DNA of 64,000 nt, taken from NCBI RefSeq assembly GCF_009914755.1, contig NC_060938.1. One strand, 5' to 3'. A model generated the notes under the pieces. It saw only the letters and a program-made list of their open reading frames with translations, ran no database searches and was not told the origin of the DNA. Positions 12,908 to 28,100 of the stretch are shown in pieces. The stretch comes from the human T2T-CHM13v2.0 reference genome, Homo sapiens. A program made the translations under genes and the position numbers. Numbering within the stretch: position 1 is the stretch's first letter; every line of letters begins with the position of its first letter.

Positions 12908-15900
12908 GCAGAAAGAGTGTTTCAAAACTGCTGTACGAAAGGGAATGTTCAACTCTGTGACTTGAATGCACACATCACAAAGAAGTTTCTGAGGATGCTG
13001 CTGTCTACTTTTTATACGTAATCCCGTTTCCAACGAAATCCTCCAAGCTATCCAAATATCCACTTGCAGATTCCACAGAAAGACTGTTTCAAAACTGCTC
13101 TGTCAATAGAAAGGTTCAACTCTGTTAGCTGCATGCATATATCCCAAAGAAGATTCTGAGATTGCTTCTGTCTAGTTTTTATGGGAAGATATTTCCCTTT
13201 TCACCGTAGGCGTCAAGGCGCTCCAAATGTCCACTTCCAGATACTACAAAAAGAGTGTTTCAAACCTACTCTGTGAAAGGAAATATTCAACTCTGTGACT
13301 TGAATGCACATATCACAAGGAAGTTTCTGAGAATGCTTCTGTCGAGATTTTATATGAAGATATTCCCGTTTCCAACGAAATCCTGAAATCTATCCAAATA
13401 TCCCCTTGCAGATTCTACAAAAAGAGTGTTTCAAAACTGCTCTGTAAAAAGAAAGGTTCAACTCTGTTAGTTGAGTACACACATCACAAACAAGTTTCAC
13501 ACAATGCTTCTTTCTAGCTTGTAGGGGAAGATATTCCCTTTATCACCATGGGCCTCCAACCGTCCGAAACATCCACTTCCATATACTACAAAAAGAGCGT
13601 TTCAAACCTGCTCTATGAAAGGCAATGTTCAACTCTGTGACTTGAATGCAGACATCACAGAGCAGTTTCTGAGAATGCTTCTGTCTAGATTTTATAGGAA
13701 GATATTCCCGTTTCCAACGAAATCTTCACAGCTATCCAAATATCCACTTGCAGATTCTACAAAAAGAGTGTATCAAAACTGCTCTGTCAAAAGGAAGGTT
13801 CTTTTCTGTTAGGTGAGTGCATACGTCATAAAGGAGTTTCTGAGAAAGTTTCTGTCTAGTGGTTATGGGAAGATATTTGCTTTTTCACCATAGGCCTCAG
13901 AGCGCTCCAAATATCCACTTGCACATACTACAAAAAGAGTGCCTCAAAGCTGCTCTCTGAAACGGAATGTTCAACTCTATGAGTTGAATGCAAACATCGC
14001 AAAGACGTTTCTGAGAATGCTTCTGTCTAGATTTGATATGAAGATATTCCCGTTTCCAACGAAATCTTCAAATCTATCCAAATGTCCACTTGCAGATTCA
14101 ACAAAAAGTGTTTTTCAGAACTGCTCTATCAAAAGAAAGATCCACCTCTGTTAGCTGAGTTCACACATCACAAACAAGTTTATGAGAATGCTTCTGTCTA
14201 GTTTTTATTTGAAGATATTTCCTTTCTCACCATAGACCTGAAAGCTGTCCTAATGTTCACTTCCAGATACTACAGAAAGAGTGTTTCAAAACTGCTGTAC
14301 GAAAGGGAATGTTCAACTCTGTGACTTGAATGCACACATCACAAAGAAGTTTCTGAGGATGCTGCTGTCTACTTTTTATACGTAATCCCGTTTCCAACGA
14401 AATCCTCCAAGCTATCCAAATATCCACTTGCAGATTCCACAGAAAGACTGTTTCAAAACTGCTCTGTCAATAGAAAGGTTCAACTCTGTTAGCTGCGTGC
14501 ATATATCCCAAAGAAGATTCTGAGATTGCTTCTGTCTAGTTTTTATGGGAAGATATTTCCCTTTTCACCGTAGGTGTCAAGGCGCTCCAAATGTCCACTT
14601 CCAGATACTACAAAAAGAGTGTTTCAAACCTACTCTGTGAAAGGGAATATTCAACTCTGTGACTTGAATGCACATATCACAAAGAAGTTTCTGAGAATGC
14701 TTCTGTCGAGATTTTATATGAAGATATTCCCGTTTCCAACGAAATGCTGAAATCTATCCAAATATCCCCTCGCAGATTCTACAAAAAGAGTGTTTCAAAA
14801 CTGCTCTGTGAAAAGAAAGGTTCAACTCTGTTAGTTGAGTACACACATCACAAACAAGTTTCACACAATGCTTCTTTCTAGCTTGTAGGGGAAGATATTC
14901 CCTTTATCACCATGGGCCTCAAACCGTCCGAAACATCCACTTCCCTATACTACAAAAAGAGCGTTTCAAACCTGCTCTATGAAAGGCAATGTTCAACTCT
15001 GTGACTTGAATGCAGACATCACAGAGCAGTTTCTGAGAATGCTTCTGTCTAGATTTTATAGGAAGATATTCCCGTTTCCAACGAAATCTTCACAGCTATC
15101 CAAATATCCACTTGCAGATTCTACAAAAAGAGTGTATCAAAACTGCTCTGTCAAAAGGAAGGTTCTTCTCTGTTAGGTGAGTGCATACGTCATAAAGGAG
15201 TTTCTGAGAATGTTTCTGTCTAGTGGTTATGGGAAGATATTTGCTTTTTCACCGTAGGCCTCAGAGCGCTCCAAATATCCACTTGCACATACTACAAAAA
15301 GAGTGCTTCAAAGCTGCTCTCTGAAACGGAATGTTCAACTCTATGAGTTGAATGCAAACATCACAAAGACGTTTCTGAGAATGCTTCTGTCTAGATTTGA
15401 TATGAAGATATTCCCGTTTCCAACGAAATCTTCAAATCTATCCAAATGTCCACTTGCAGATTCAACAAAAAGTGTTTTTCAGAACTGCTCTATCAAAAGA
15501 AAGATCCACCTCTGTTAGCTGAGTTCACACATCACAAACAAGTTTATGAGAATGCTTCTGTCTAGTTTTTATTTGAAGATATTTCCTTTCTCACCATAGA
15601 GCTGAAAGCTGTCCTAATGTTCACTTCCAGATACTACAGAAAGAGTGTTTCAAAACTGCTGTACGAAAGGGAATGTTCAACTCTGTGACTTGAATGCACA
15701 CATCACAAAGAAGTTTCTGAGGATGCTGCTGTCTACTTTTTATACGTAATCCCGTTTCCAACGAAATCCTCCAAGCTATCCAAATATCCACTTGCAGATT
15801 CCACAGAAAGACTGTTTCAAAACTGCTCTGTCAATAGAAAGGTTCAACTCTGTTAGCTGCATGCATATATCCCAAAGAAGATTCTGAGATTGCTTCTGTC

Positions 15901-18900
15901 TAGTTTTTATGGGAAGATATTTCCCTTTTCACCGTAGGCGTCAAGGCGCTCCAAATGTCCACTTCCAGATACTACAAAAAGAGTGTTTCAAACCTACTCT
16001 GTGAAAGGGAATATTCAACTCTGTGACTTGAATGCACATATCACAAGGAAGTTTCTGAGAATGCTTCTGTCGAATTTTTATATGAAGATATTCCCGTTTC
16101 CAACGAAATCCTGAAATCTATCCAAATATCCCCTTGCAGATTCTACTAAAAGAGTGTTTCAAAACTGCTCTGTAAAAAGAAAGGTTCAACTCTGTTAGTT
16201 GAGTACACACATCACAAACAAGTTTCACACAATGCTTCTTTCTAGCTTGTAGGGGAAGATATTCCCTTTATCACCGTGGGCCTCAAACCGTCCGATAAGT
16301 CCACTTCCATATACTACAAAAAGAGCGTTTCAAACCTGCTCTATGAAAGGCAATGTTCAACTCTGTGACTTGAATGCAGACATCACAGAGCAGTTTCTGA
16401 GAATGCTTCTGTCTAGATTTTATAGGAAGATATTCCCGTTTCCAACGAAATCTTCACAGCTATCCAAATATCCACTTGCAGATTCTACAAAAAGAGTGTA
16501 TCAAAACTGCTCTGTCAAAAGGAAGGTTCTTTTCTGTTAGGTGAGTGCATACGTCATAAAGGAGTTTCTGAGAATGTTTCTGTCTAGTGGTTATGGGAAG
16601 ATATTTGCTTTTTCACCGTAGGCCTCAGAGCGCTCCAAATATCCACTTGCACATACTACAAAAAGAGTGCCTCAAAGCTGCTCTCTGAAACGGAATGTTC
16701 AACTCTATGAGTTGAATGCAAACATCGCAAAGACGTTTCTGAGAATGCTTCTGTCTAGATTTGATATGAAGATATTCCCGTTTCCAACGAAATCTTCAAA
16801 TCTATCCAAATGTCCACTTGCAGATTCAACAAAAAGTGTTTTTCAGAACTGCTCTATCAAAAGAAAGATCCACCTCTGTTAGCTGAGTTCACACATCACA
16901 AACAAGTTTATGAGAATGCTTCTGTCTAGTTTTTATTTGAAGATATTTCCTTTCTCACCATAGAGCTGAAAGCTGTCCTAATGTTCACTTCCAGATACTG
17001 CAGAAAGAGTGTTTCAAAACTGCTGTACGAAAGGGAATGTTCAACTCTGTGACTTGAATGCACACATCACAAAGAAGTTTCTGAGGATGCTGCTGTCTAC
17101 TTTTTATACGTAATCCCGTTTCCAACGAAATCCTCCAAGCTATCCAAATATCCACTTGCAGATTCCACAGAAAGACTGTTTCAAAACTGCTCTGTCAATA
17201 GAAAGGTTCAACTCTGTTAGCTGCATGCATATATCCCAAAGAAGATTCTGAGATTGCTTCTGTCTAGTTTTTATGGGAAGATATTTCCCTTTTCACCGTA
17301 GGCGTCAAGGCGCTCCAAATGTCCACTTCCAGATACTACAAAAAGAGTGTTTCAAACCTACTCTGTGAAAGGAAATATTCAACTCTGTGACTTGAATGCA
17401 CATATCACAAGGAAGTTTCTGAGAATGCTTCTGTCGAGATTTTATATGAAGATATTCCCGTTTCCAACGAAATCCTGAAATCTATCCAAATATCCCCTTG
17501 CAGATTCTACAAAAAGAGTGTTTCAAAACTGCTCTGTAAAAAGAAAGGTTCAACTCTGTTAGTTGAGTACACACATCACAAACAAGTTTCACACAATGCT
17601 TCTTTCTAGCTTGTAGGGGAAGATATTCCCTTTATCACCATGGGCCTCCAACCGTCCGAAACATCCACTTCCATATACTACAAAAAGAGCGTTTCAAACC
17701 TGCTCTATGAAAGGCAATGTTCAACTCTGTGACTTGAATGCAGACATCACAGAGCAGTTTCTGAGAATGCTTCTGTCTAGATTTTATAGGAAGATATTCC
17801 CGTTTCCAACGAAATCTTCACAGCTATCCAAATATCCACTTGCAGATTCTACAAAAAGAGTGTATCAAAACTGCTCTGTCAAAAGGAAGGTTCTTTTCTG
17901 TTAGGTGAGTGCATACGTCATAAAGGAGTTTCTGAGAATGTTTCTGTCTAGTGGTTATGGGAAGATATTTGCTTTTTCACCATAGGCCTCAGAGCGCTCC
18001 AAATATCCACTTGCACATACTACAAAAAGAGTGCCTCAAAGCTGCTCTCTGAAACGGAATGTTCAACTCTATGAGTTGAATGCAAACATCGCAAAGACGT
18101 TTCTGAGAATGCTTCTGTCTAGATTTGATATGAAGATATTCCCGTTTCCAACGAAATCTTCAAATCTATCCAAATGTCCACTTGCAGATTCAACAAAAAG
18201 TGTTTTTCAGAACTGCTCTATCAAAAGAAAGATCCACCTCTGTTAGCTGAGTTCACACATCACAAACAAGTTTATGAGAATGCTTCTGTCTAGTTTTTAT
18301 TTGAAGATATTTCCTTTCTCACCATAGACCTGAAAGCTGTCCTAATGTTCACTTCCAGATACTACAGAAAGAGTGTTTCAAAACTGCTGTACGAAAGGGA
18401 ATGTTCAACTCTGTGACTTGAATGCACACATCACAAAGAAGTTTCTGAGGATGCTGCTGTCTACTTTTTATACGTAATCCCGTTTCCAACGAAATCCTCC
18501 AAGCTATCCAAATATCCACTTGCAGATTCCACAGAAAGACTGTTTCAAAACTGCTCTGTCAATAGAAAGGTTCAACTCTGTTAGCTGCGTGCATATATCC
18601 CAAAGAAGATTCTGAGATTGCTTCTGTCTAGTTTTTATGGGAAGATATTTCCCTTTTCACCGTAGGTGTCAAGGCGCTCCAAATGTCCACTTTCAGATAC
18701 TACAAAAAGAGTGTTTCAAACCTACTCTGTGAAAGGGAATATTCAACTCTGTGACTTGAATGCACATATCACAAAGAAGTTTCTGAGAATGCTTCTGTCG
18801 AGATTTTATATGAAGATATTCCCGTTTCCAACGAAATGCTGAAATCTATCCAAATATCCCCTCGCAGATTCTACAAAAAGAGTGTTTCAAAACTGCTCTG

Positions 18901-21900
18901 TGAAAAGAAAGGTTCAACTCTGTTAGTTGAGTACACACATCACAAACAAGTTTCACACAATGCTTCTTTCTAGCTTGTAGGGGAAGATATTCCCTTTATC
19001 ACCATGGGCCTCAAACCGTCCGAAACATCCACTTCCCTATACTACAAAAAGAGCGTTTCAAACCTGCTCTATGAAAGGCAATGTTCAACTCTGTGACTTG
19101 AATGCAGACATCACAGAGCAGTTTCTGAGAATGCTTCTGTCTAGATTTTATAGGAAGATATTCCCGTTTCCAACGAAATCTTCACAGCTATCCAAATATC
19201 CACTTGCAGATTCTACAAAAAGAGTGTATCAAAACTGCTCTGTCAAAAGGAAGGTTCTTCTCTGTTAGGTGAGTGCATACGTCATAAAGGAGTTTCTGAG
19301 AATGTTTCTGTCTAGTGGTTATGGGAAGATATTTGCTTTTTCACCGTAGGCCTCAGAGCGCTCCAAATATCCACTTGCACATACTACAAGAAGAGTGCTT
19401 CAAAGCTGCTCTCTGAAACGGAATGTTCAACTCTATGAGTTGAATGCAAACATCACAAAGACGTTTCTGAGAATGCTTCTGTCTAGATTTGATATGAAGA
19501 TATTCCCGTTTCCAACGAAATCTTCAAATCTATCCAAATGTCCACTTGCAGATTCAACAAAAAGTGTTTTTCAGAACTGCTCTATCAAAAGAAAGATCCA
19601 CCTCTGTTAGCTGAGTTCACACATCACAAACAAGTTTATGAGAATGCTTCTGTCTAGTTTTTATTTGAAGATATTTCCTTTCTCACCATAGAGCTGAAAG
19701 CTGTCCTAATGTTCACTTCCAGATACTACAGAAAGAGTGTTTCAAAACTGCTGTACGAAAGGGAATGTTCAACTCTGTGACTTGAATGCACACATCACAA
19801 AGAAGTTTCTGAGGATGCTGCTGTCTACTTTTTATACGTAATCCCGTTTCCAACGAAATCCTCCAAGCTATCCAAATATCCACTTGCAGATTCCACAGAA
19901 AGACTGTTTCAAAACTGCTCTGTCAATAGAAAGGTTCAACTCTGTTAGCTGCATGCATATATCCCAAAGAAGATTCTGAGATTGCTTCTGTCTAGTTTTT
20001 ATGGGAAGATATTTCCCTTTTCACCGTAGGCGTCAAGGCGCTCCAAATGTCCACTTCCAGATACTACAAAAAGAGTGTTTCAAACCTACTCTGTGAAAGG
20101 GAATATTCAACTCTGTGACTTGAATGCACATATCACAAGGAAGTTTCTGAGAATGCTTCTGTCGAATTTTTATATGAAGATATTCCCGTTTCCAACGAAA
20201 TCCTGAAATCTATCCAAATATCCCCTTGCAGATTCTACTAAAAGAGTGTTTCAAAACTGCTCTGTAAAAAGAAAGGTTCAACTCTGTTAGTTGAGTACAC
20301 ACATCACAAACAAGTTTCACACAATGCTTCTTTCTAGCTTGTAGGGGAAGATATTCCCTTTATCACCGTGGGCCTCAAACCGTCCGATAAGTCCACTTCC
20401 ATATACTACAAAAAGAGCGTTTCAAACCTGCTCTATGAAAGGCAATGTTCAACTCTGTGACTTGAATGCAGACATCACAGAGCAGTTTCTGAGAATGCTT
20501 CTGTCTAGATTTTATAGGAAGATATTCCCGTTTCCAACGAAATCTTCACAGCTATCCAAATATCCACTTGCAGATTCTACAAAAAGAGTGTATCAAAACT
20601 GCTCTGTCAAAAGGAAGGTTCTTTTCTGTTAGGTGAGTGCATACGTCATAAAGGAGTTTCTGAGAATGTTTCTGTCTAGTGGTTATGGGAAGATATTTGC
20701 TTTTTCACCGTAGGCCTCAGAGCGCTCCAAATATCCACTTGCACATACTACAAAAAGAGTGCCTCAAAGCTGCTCTCTGAAACGGAATGTTCAACTCTAT
20801 GAGTTGAATGCAAACATCGCAAAGACGTTTCTGAGAATGCTTCTGTCTAGATTTGATATGAAGATATTCCCGTTTCCAACGAAATCTTCAAATCTATCCA
20901 AATGTCCACTTGCAGATTCAACAAAAAGTGTTTTTCAGAACTGCTCTATCAAAAGAAAGATCCACCTCTGTTAGCTGAGTTCACACATCACAAACAAGTT
21001 TATGAGAATGCTTCTGTCTAGTTTTTATTTGAAGATATTTCCTTTCTCACCATAGAGCTGAAAGCTGTCCTAATGTTCACTTCCAGATACTGCAGAAAGA
21101 GTGTTTCAAAACTGCTGTACGAAAGGGAATGTTCAACTCTGTGACTTGAATGCACACATCACAAAGAAGTTTCTGAGGATGCTGCTGTCTACTTTTTATA
21201 CGTAATCCCGTTTCCAACGAAATCCTCCAAGCTATCCAAATATCCACTTGCAGATTCCACAGAAAGACTGTTTCAAAACTGCTCTGTCAATAGAAAGGTT
21301 CAACTCTGTTAGCTGCATGCATATATCCCAAAGAAGATTCTGAGATTGCTTCTGTCTAGTTTTTATGGGAAGATATTTCCCTTTTCACCGTAGGCGTCAA
21401 GGCGCTCCAAATGTCCACTTCCAGATACTACAAAAAGAGTGTTTCAAACCTACTCTGTGAAAGGAAATATTCAACTCTGTGACTTGAATGCACATATCAC
21501 AAGGAAGTTTCTGAGAATGCTTCTGTCGAGATTTTATATGAAGATATTCCCGTTTCCAACGAAATCCTGAAATCTATCCAAATATCCCCTTGCAGATTCT
21601 ACAAAAAGAGTGTTTCAAAACTGCTCTGTAAAAAGAAAGGTTCAACTCTGTTAGTTGAGTACACACATCACAAACAAGTTTCACACAATGCTTCTTTCTA
21701 GCTTGTAGGGGAAGATATTCCCTTTATCACCATGGGCCTCCAACCGTCCGAAACATCCACTTCCATATACTACAAAAAGAGCGTTTCAAACCTGCTCTAT
21801 GAAAGGCAATGTTCAACTCTGTGACTTGAATGCAGACATCACAGAGCAGTTTCTGAGAATGCTTCTGTCTAGATTTTATAGGAAGATATTCCCGTTTCCA

Positions 21901-24900
21901 ACGAAATCTTCACAGCTATCCAAATATCCACTTGCAGATTCTACAAAAAGAGTGTATCAAAACTGCTCTGTCAAAAGGAAGGTTCTTTTCTGTTAGGTGA
22001 GTGCATACGTCATAAAGGAGTTTCTGAGAATGTTTCTGTCTAGTGGTTATGGGAAGATATTTGCTTTTTCACCATAGGCCTCAGAGCGCTCCAAATATCC
22101 ACTTGCACATACTACAAAAAGAGTGCCTCAAAGCTGCTCTCTGAAACGGAATGTTCAACTCTATGAGTTGAATGCAAACATCGCAAAGACGTTTCTGAGA
22201 ATGCTTCTGTCTAGATTTGATATGAAGATATTCCCGTTTCCAACGAAATCTTCAAATCTATCCAAATGTCCACTTGCAGATTCAACAAAAAGTGTTTTTC
22301 AGAACTGCTCTATCAAAAGAAAGATCCACCTCTGTTAGCTGAGTTCACACATCACAAACAAGTTTATGAGAATGCTTCTGTCTAGTTTTTATTTGAAGAT
22401 ATTTCCTTTCTCACCATAGACCTGAAAGCTGTCCTAATGTTCACTTCCAGATACTACAGAAAGAGTGTTTCAAAACTGCTGTACGAAAGGGAATGTTCAA
22501 CTCTGTGACTTGAATGCACACATCACAAAGAAGTTTCTGAGGATGCTGCTGTCTACTTTTTATACGTAATCCCGTTTCCAACGAAATCCTCCAAGCTATC
22601 CAAATATCCACTTGCAGATTCCACAGAAAGACTGTTTCAAAACTGCTCTGTCAATAGAAAGGTTCAACTCTGTTAGCTGCGTGCATATATCCCAAAGAAG
22701 ATTCTGAGATTGCTTCTGTCTAGTTTTTATGGGAAGATATTTCCCTTTTCACCGTAGGTGTCAAGGCGCTCCAAATGTCCACTTTCAGATACTACAAAAA
22801 GAGTGTTTCAAACCTACTCTGTGAAAGGGAATATTCAACTCTGTGACTTGAATGCACATATCACAAAGAAGTTTCTGAGAATGCTTCTGTCGAGATTTTA
22901 TATGAAGATATTCCCGTTTCCAACGAAATGCTGAAATCTATCCAAATATCCCCTCGCAGATTCTACAAAAAGAGTGTTTCAAAACTGCTCTGTGAAAAGA
23001 AAGGTTCAACTCTGTTAGTTGAGTACACACATCACAAACAAGTTTCACACAATGCTTCTTTCTAGCTTGTAGGGGAAGATATTCCCTTTATCACCATGGG
23101 CCTCAAACCGTCCGAAACATCCACTTCCCTATACTACAAAAAGAGCGTTTCAAACCTGCTCTATGAAAGGCAATGTTCAACTCTGTGACTTGAATGCAGA
23201 CATCACAGAGCAGTTTCTGAGAATGCTTCTGTCTAGATTTTATAGGAAGATATTCCCGTTTCCAACGAAATCTTCACAGCTATCCAAATATCCACTTGCA
23301 GATTCTACAAAAAGAGTGTATCAAAACTGCTCTGTCAAAAGGAAGGTTCTTCTCTGTTAGGTGAGTGCATACGTCATAAAGGAGTTTCTGAGAATGTTTC
23401 TGTCTAGTGGTTATGGGAAGATATTTGCTTTTTCACCGTAGGCCTCAGAGCGCTCCAAATATCCACTTGCACATACTACAAGAAGAGTGCTTCAAAGCTG
23501 CTCTCTGAAACGGAATGTTCAACTCTATGAGTTGAATGCAAACATCACAAAGACGTTTCTGAGAATGCTTCTGTCTAGATTTGATATGAAGATATTCCCG
23601 TTTCCAACGAAATCTTCAAATCTATCCAAATGTCCACTTGCAGATTCAACAAAAAGTGTTTTTCAGAACTGCTCTATCAAAAGAAAGATCCACCTCTGTT
23701 AGCTGAGTTCACACATCACAAACAAGTTTATGAGAATGCTTCTGTCTAGTTTTTATTTGAAGATATTTCCTTTCTCACCATAGAGCTGAAAGCTGTCCTA
23801 ATGTTCACTTCCAGATACTACAGAAAGAGTGTTTCAAAACTGCTGTACGAAAGGGAATGTTCAACTCTGTGACTTGAATGCACACATCACAAAGAAGTTT
23901 CTGAGGATGCTGCTGTCTACTTTTTATACGTAATCCCGTTTCCAACGAAATCCTCCAAGCTATCCAAATATCCACTTGCAGATTCCACAGAAAGACTGTT
24001 TCAAAACTGCTCTGTCAATAGAAAGGTTCAACTCTGTTAGCTGCATGCATATATCCCAAAGAAGATTCTGAGATTGCTTCTGTCTAGTTTTTATGGGAAG
24101 ATATTTCCCTTTTCACCGTAGGCGTCAAGGCGCTCCAAATGTCCACTTCCAGATACTACAAAAAGAGTGTTTCAAACCTACTCTGTGAAAGGGAATATTC
24201 AACTCTGTGACTTGAATGCACATATCACAAGGAAGTTTCTGAGAATGCTTCTGTCGAATTTTTATATGAAGATATTCCCGTTTCCAACGAAATCCTGAAA
24301 TCTATCCAAATATCCCCTTGCAGATTCTACTAAAAGAGTGTTTCAAAACTGCTCTGTAAAAAGAAAGGTTCAACTCTGTTAGTTGAGTACACACATCACA
24401 AACAAGTTTCACACAATGCTTCTTTCTAGCTTGTAGGGGAAGATATTCCCTTTATCACCGTGGGCCTCAAACCGTCCGATAAGTCCACTTCCATATACTA
24501 CAAAAAGAGCGTTTCAAACCTGCTCTATGAAAGGCAATGTTCAACTCTGTGACTTGAATGCAGACATCACAGAGCAGTTTCTGAGAATGCTTCTGTCTAG
24601 ATTTTATAGGAAGATATTCCCGTTTCCAACGAAATCTTCACAGCTATCCAAATATCCACTTGCAGATTCTACAAAAAGAGTGTATCAAAACTGCTCTGTC
24701 AAAAGGAAGGTTCTTTTCTGTTAGGTGAGTGCATACGTCATAAAGGAGTTTCTGAGAATGTTTCTGTCTAGTGGTTATGGGAAGATATTTGCTTTTTCAC
24801 CGTAGGCCTCAGAGCGCTCCAAATATCCACTTGCACATACTACAAAAAGAGTGCCTCAAAGCTGCTCTCTGAAACGGAATGTTCAACTCTATGAGTTGAA

Positions 24901-25100
24901 TGCAAACATCGCAAAGACGTTTCTGAGAATGCTTCTGTCTAGATTTGATATGAAGATATTCCCGTTTCCAACGAAATCTTCAAATCTATCCAAATGTCCA
25001 CTTGCAGATTCAACAAAAAGTGTTTTTCAGAACTGCTCTATCAAAAGAAAGATCCACCTCTGTTAGCTGAGTTCACACATCACAAACAAGTTTATGAGAA
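10913..25100. repeat. Tandem 3-HOR super-repeat (period 4092 bp), about 3.5 copies
   Basis: Markers at 11982/16074/20166/24258, 12908/17000/21092 and 18693/22785, all spaced by 4092 bp. Confidence 0.88.
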
Positions 25101-28100
25101 TGCTTCTGTCTAGTTTTTATTTGAAGATATTTCCTTTCTCACCATAGAGCTGAAAGCTGTCCTAATGTTCACTTCCAGATACTACAGAAAGAGTGTTTCA
25201 AAACTGCTGTACGAAAGGGAATGTTCAACTCTGTGACTTGAATGCACACATCACAAAGAAGTTTCTGAGGATGCTGCTGTCTACTTTTTATACGTAATCC
25301 CGTTTCCAACGAAATCCTCCAAGCTATCCAAATATCCACTTGCAGATTCCACAGAAAGACTGTTTCAAAACTGCTCTGTCAATAGAAAGGTTCAACTCTG
25401 TTAGCTGCATGCATATATCCCAAAGAAGATTCTGAGATTGCTTCTGTCTAGTTTTTATGGGAAGATATTTCCCTTTTCACCGTAGGCGTCAAGGCGCTCC
25501 AAATGTCCACTTCCAGATACTACAAAAAGAGTGTTTCAAACCTACTCTGTGAAAGGAAATATTCAACTCTGTGACTTGAATGCACATATCACAAGGAAGT
25601 TTCTGAGAATGCTTCTGTCGAGATTTTATATGAAGATATTCCCGTTTCCAACGAAATCCTGAAATCTATCCAAATATCCCCTTGCAGATTCTACAAAAAG
25701 AGTGTTTCAAAACTGCTCTGTGAAAAGAAAGGTTCAACTCTGTTAGTTGAGTACACACATCACAAACAAGTTTCACAGAATGCTTCTTTCTAGCTTGTAG
25801 GGGAAGATATTCCCTTTATCACCATGGGCCTCCAACCGTCCGAAACATCCACTTCCATATACTACAAAAAGAGCGTTTCAAACCTGCTCTATGAAAGGCA
25901 ATGTTCAACTCTGTGACTTGAATGCAGACATCACAGAGCAGTTTCTGAGAATGCTTCTGTCTAGATTTTATAGGAAGATATTCCCGTTTCCAACGAAATC
26001 TTCACAGCTATCCAAATATCCACTTGCAGATTCTACAAAAAGAGTGTATCAAAACTGCTCTGTCAAAAGGAAGGTTCTTCTCTGTTAGGTGAGTGCATAC
26101 GTCATAAAGGAGTTTCTGAGAATGTTTCTGTCTAGTGGTTATGGGAAGATATTTGCTTTTTCACCGTAGGCCTCAGAGCGCTCCAAATATCCACTTGCAC
26201 ATACTACAAAAAGAGTGCTTCAAAGCTGCTCTCTGAAACGGAATGTTCAACTCTGTGAGTTGAATGCAAACATCACAAAGACGTTTCTGAGAATGCTTCT
26301 GTCTAGATTTGATATGAAGATATTCCCGTTTCCAACGAAATCTTCAAATCTATCCAAATGTCCACTTGCAGATTCAACAAAAAGTGTTTTTCAGAACTGC
26401 TCTATCAAAAGAAAGATCCACCTCTGTTAGCTGAGTTCACACATCACAAACAAGTTTATGAGAATGCTTCTGTCTAGTTTTTATTTGAAGATATTTCCTT
26501 TCTCACCATAGAGCTGAAAGCTGTCCTAATGTTCACTTCCAGATACTACAGAAAGAGTGTTTCAAAACTGCTGTACGAAAGGGAATGTTCAACTCTGTGA
26601 CTTGAATGCACACATCACAAAGAAGTTTCTGAGGATGCTGCTGTCTACTTTTTATACGTAATCCCGTTTCCAACGAAATCCTCCAAGCTATCCAAATATC
26701 CACTTGCAGATTCCACAGAAAGACTGTTTCAAAACTGCTCTGTCAATAGAAAGGTTCAACTCTGTTAGCTGCATGCATATATCCCAAAGAAGATTCTGAG
26801 ATTGCTTCTGTCTAGTTTTTATGGGAAGATATTTCCCTTTTCACCGTAGGCGTCAAGGCGCTCCAAATGTCCACTTCCAGATACTACAAAAAGAGTGTTT
26901 CAAACCTACTCTGTGAAAGGAAATATTCAACTCTGTGACTTGAATGCACATATCACAAGGAAGTTTCTGAGAATGCTTCTGTCGAGATTTTATATGAAGA
27001 TATTCCCGTTTCCAACGAAATCCTGAAATCTATCCAAATATCCCCTTGCAGATTCTACAAAAAGAGTGTTTCAAAACTGCTCTGTAAAAAGAAAGGTTCA
27101 ACTCTGTTAGTTGAGTACACACATCACAAACAAGTTTCACACAATGCTTCTTTCTAGCTTGTAGGGGAAGATATTCCCTTTATCACCATGGGCCTCCAAC
27201 CGTCCGAAACATCCACTTCCATATACTACAAAAAGAGCGTTTCAAACCTGCTCTATGAAAGGCAATGTTCAACTCTGTGACTTGAATGCAGACATCACAG
27301 AGCAGTTTCTGAGAATGCTTCTGTCTAGATTTTATAGGAAGATATTCCCGTTTCCAACGAAATCTTCACAGCTATCCAAATATCCACTTGCAGATTCTAC
27401 AAAAAGAGTGTATCAAAACTGCTCTGTCAAAAGGAAGGTTCTTTTCTGTTAGGTGAGTGCATACGTCATAAAGGAGTTTCTGAGAATGTTTCTGTCTAGT
27501 GGTTATGGGAAGATATTTGCTTTTTCACCATAGGCCTCAGAGCGCTCCAAATATCCACTTGCACATACTACAAAAAGAGTGCCTCAAAGCTGCTCTCTGA
27601 AACGGAATGTTCAACTCTATGAGTTGAATGCAAACATCGCAAAGACGTTTCTGAGAATGCTTCTGTCTAGATTTGATATGAAGATATTCCCGTTTCCAAC
27701 GAAATCTTCAAATCTATCCAAATGTCCACTTGCAGATTCAACAAAAAGTGTTTTTCAGAACTGCTCTATCAAAAGAAAGATCCACCTCTGTTAGCTGAGT
27801 TCACACATCACAAACAAGTTTATGAGAATGCTTCTGTCTAGTTTTTATTTGAAGATATTTCCTTTCTCACCATAGAGCTGAAAGCTGTCCTAATGTTCAC
27901 TTCCAGATACTACAGAAAGAGTGTTTCAAAACTGCTGTACGAAAGGGAATGTTCAACTCTGTGACTTGAATGCACACATCACAAAGAAGTTTCTGAGGAT
28001 GCTGCTGTCTACTTTTTATACGTAATCCCGTTTCCAACGAAATCCTCCAAGCTATCCAAATATCCACTTGCAGATTCCACAGAAAGACTGTTTCAAAACT

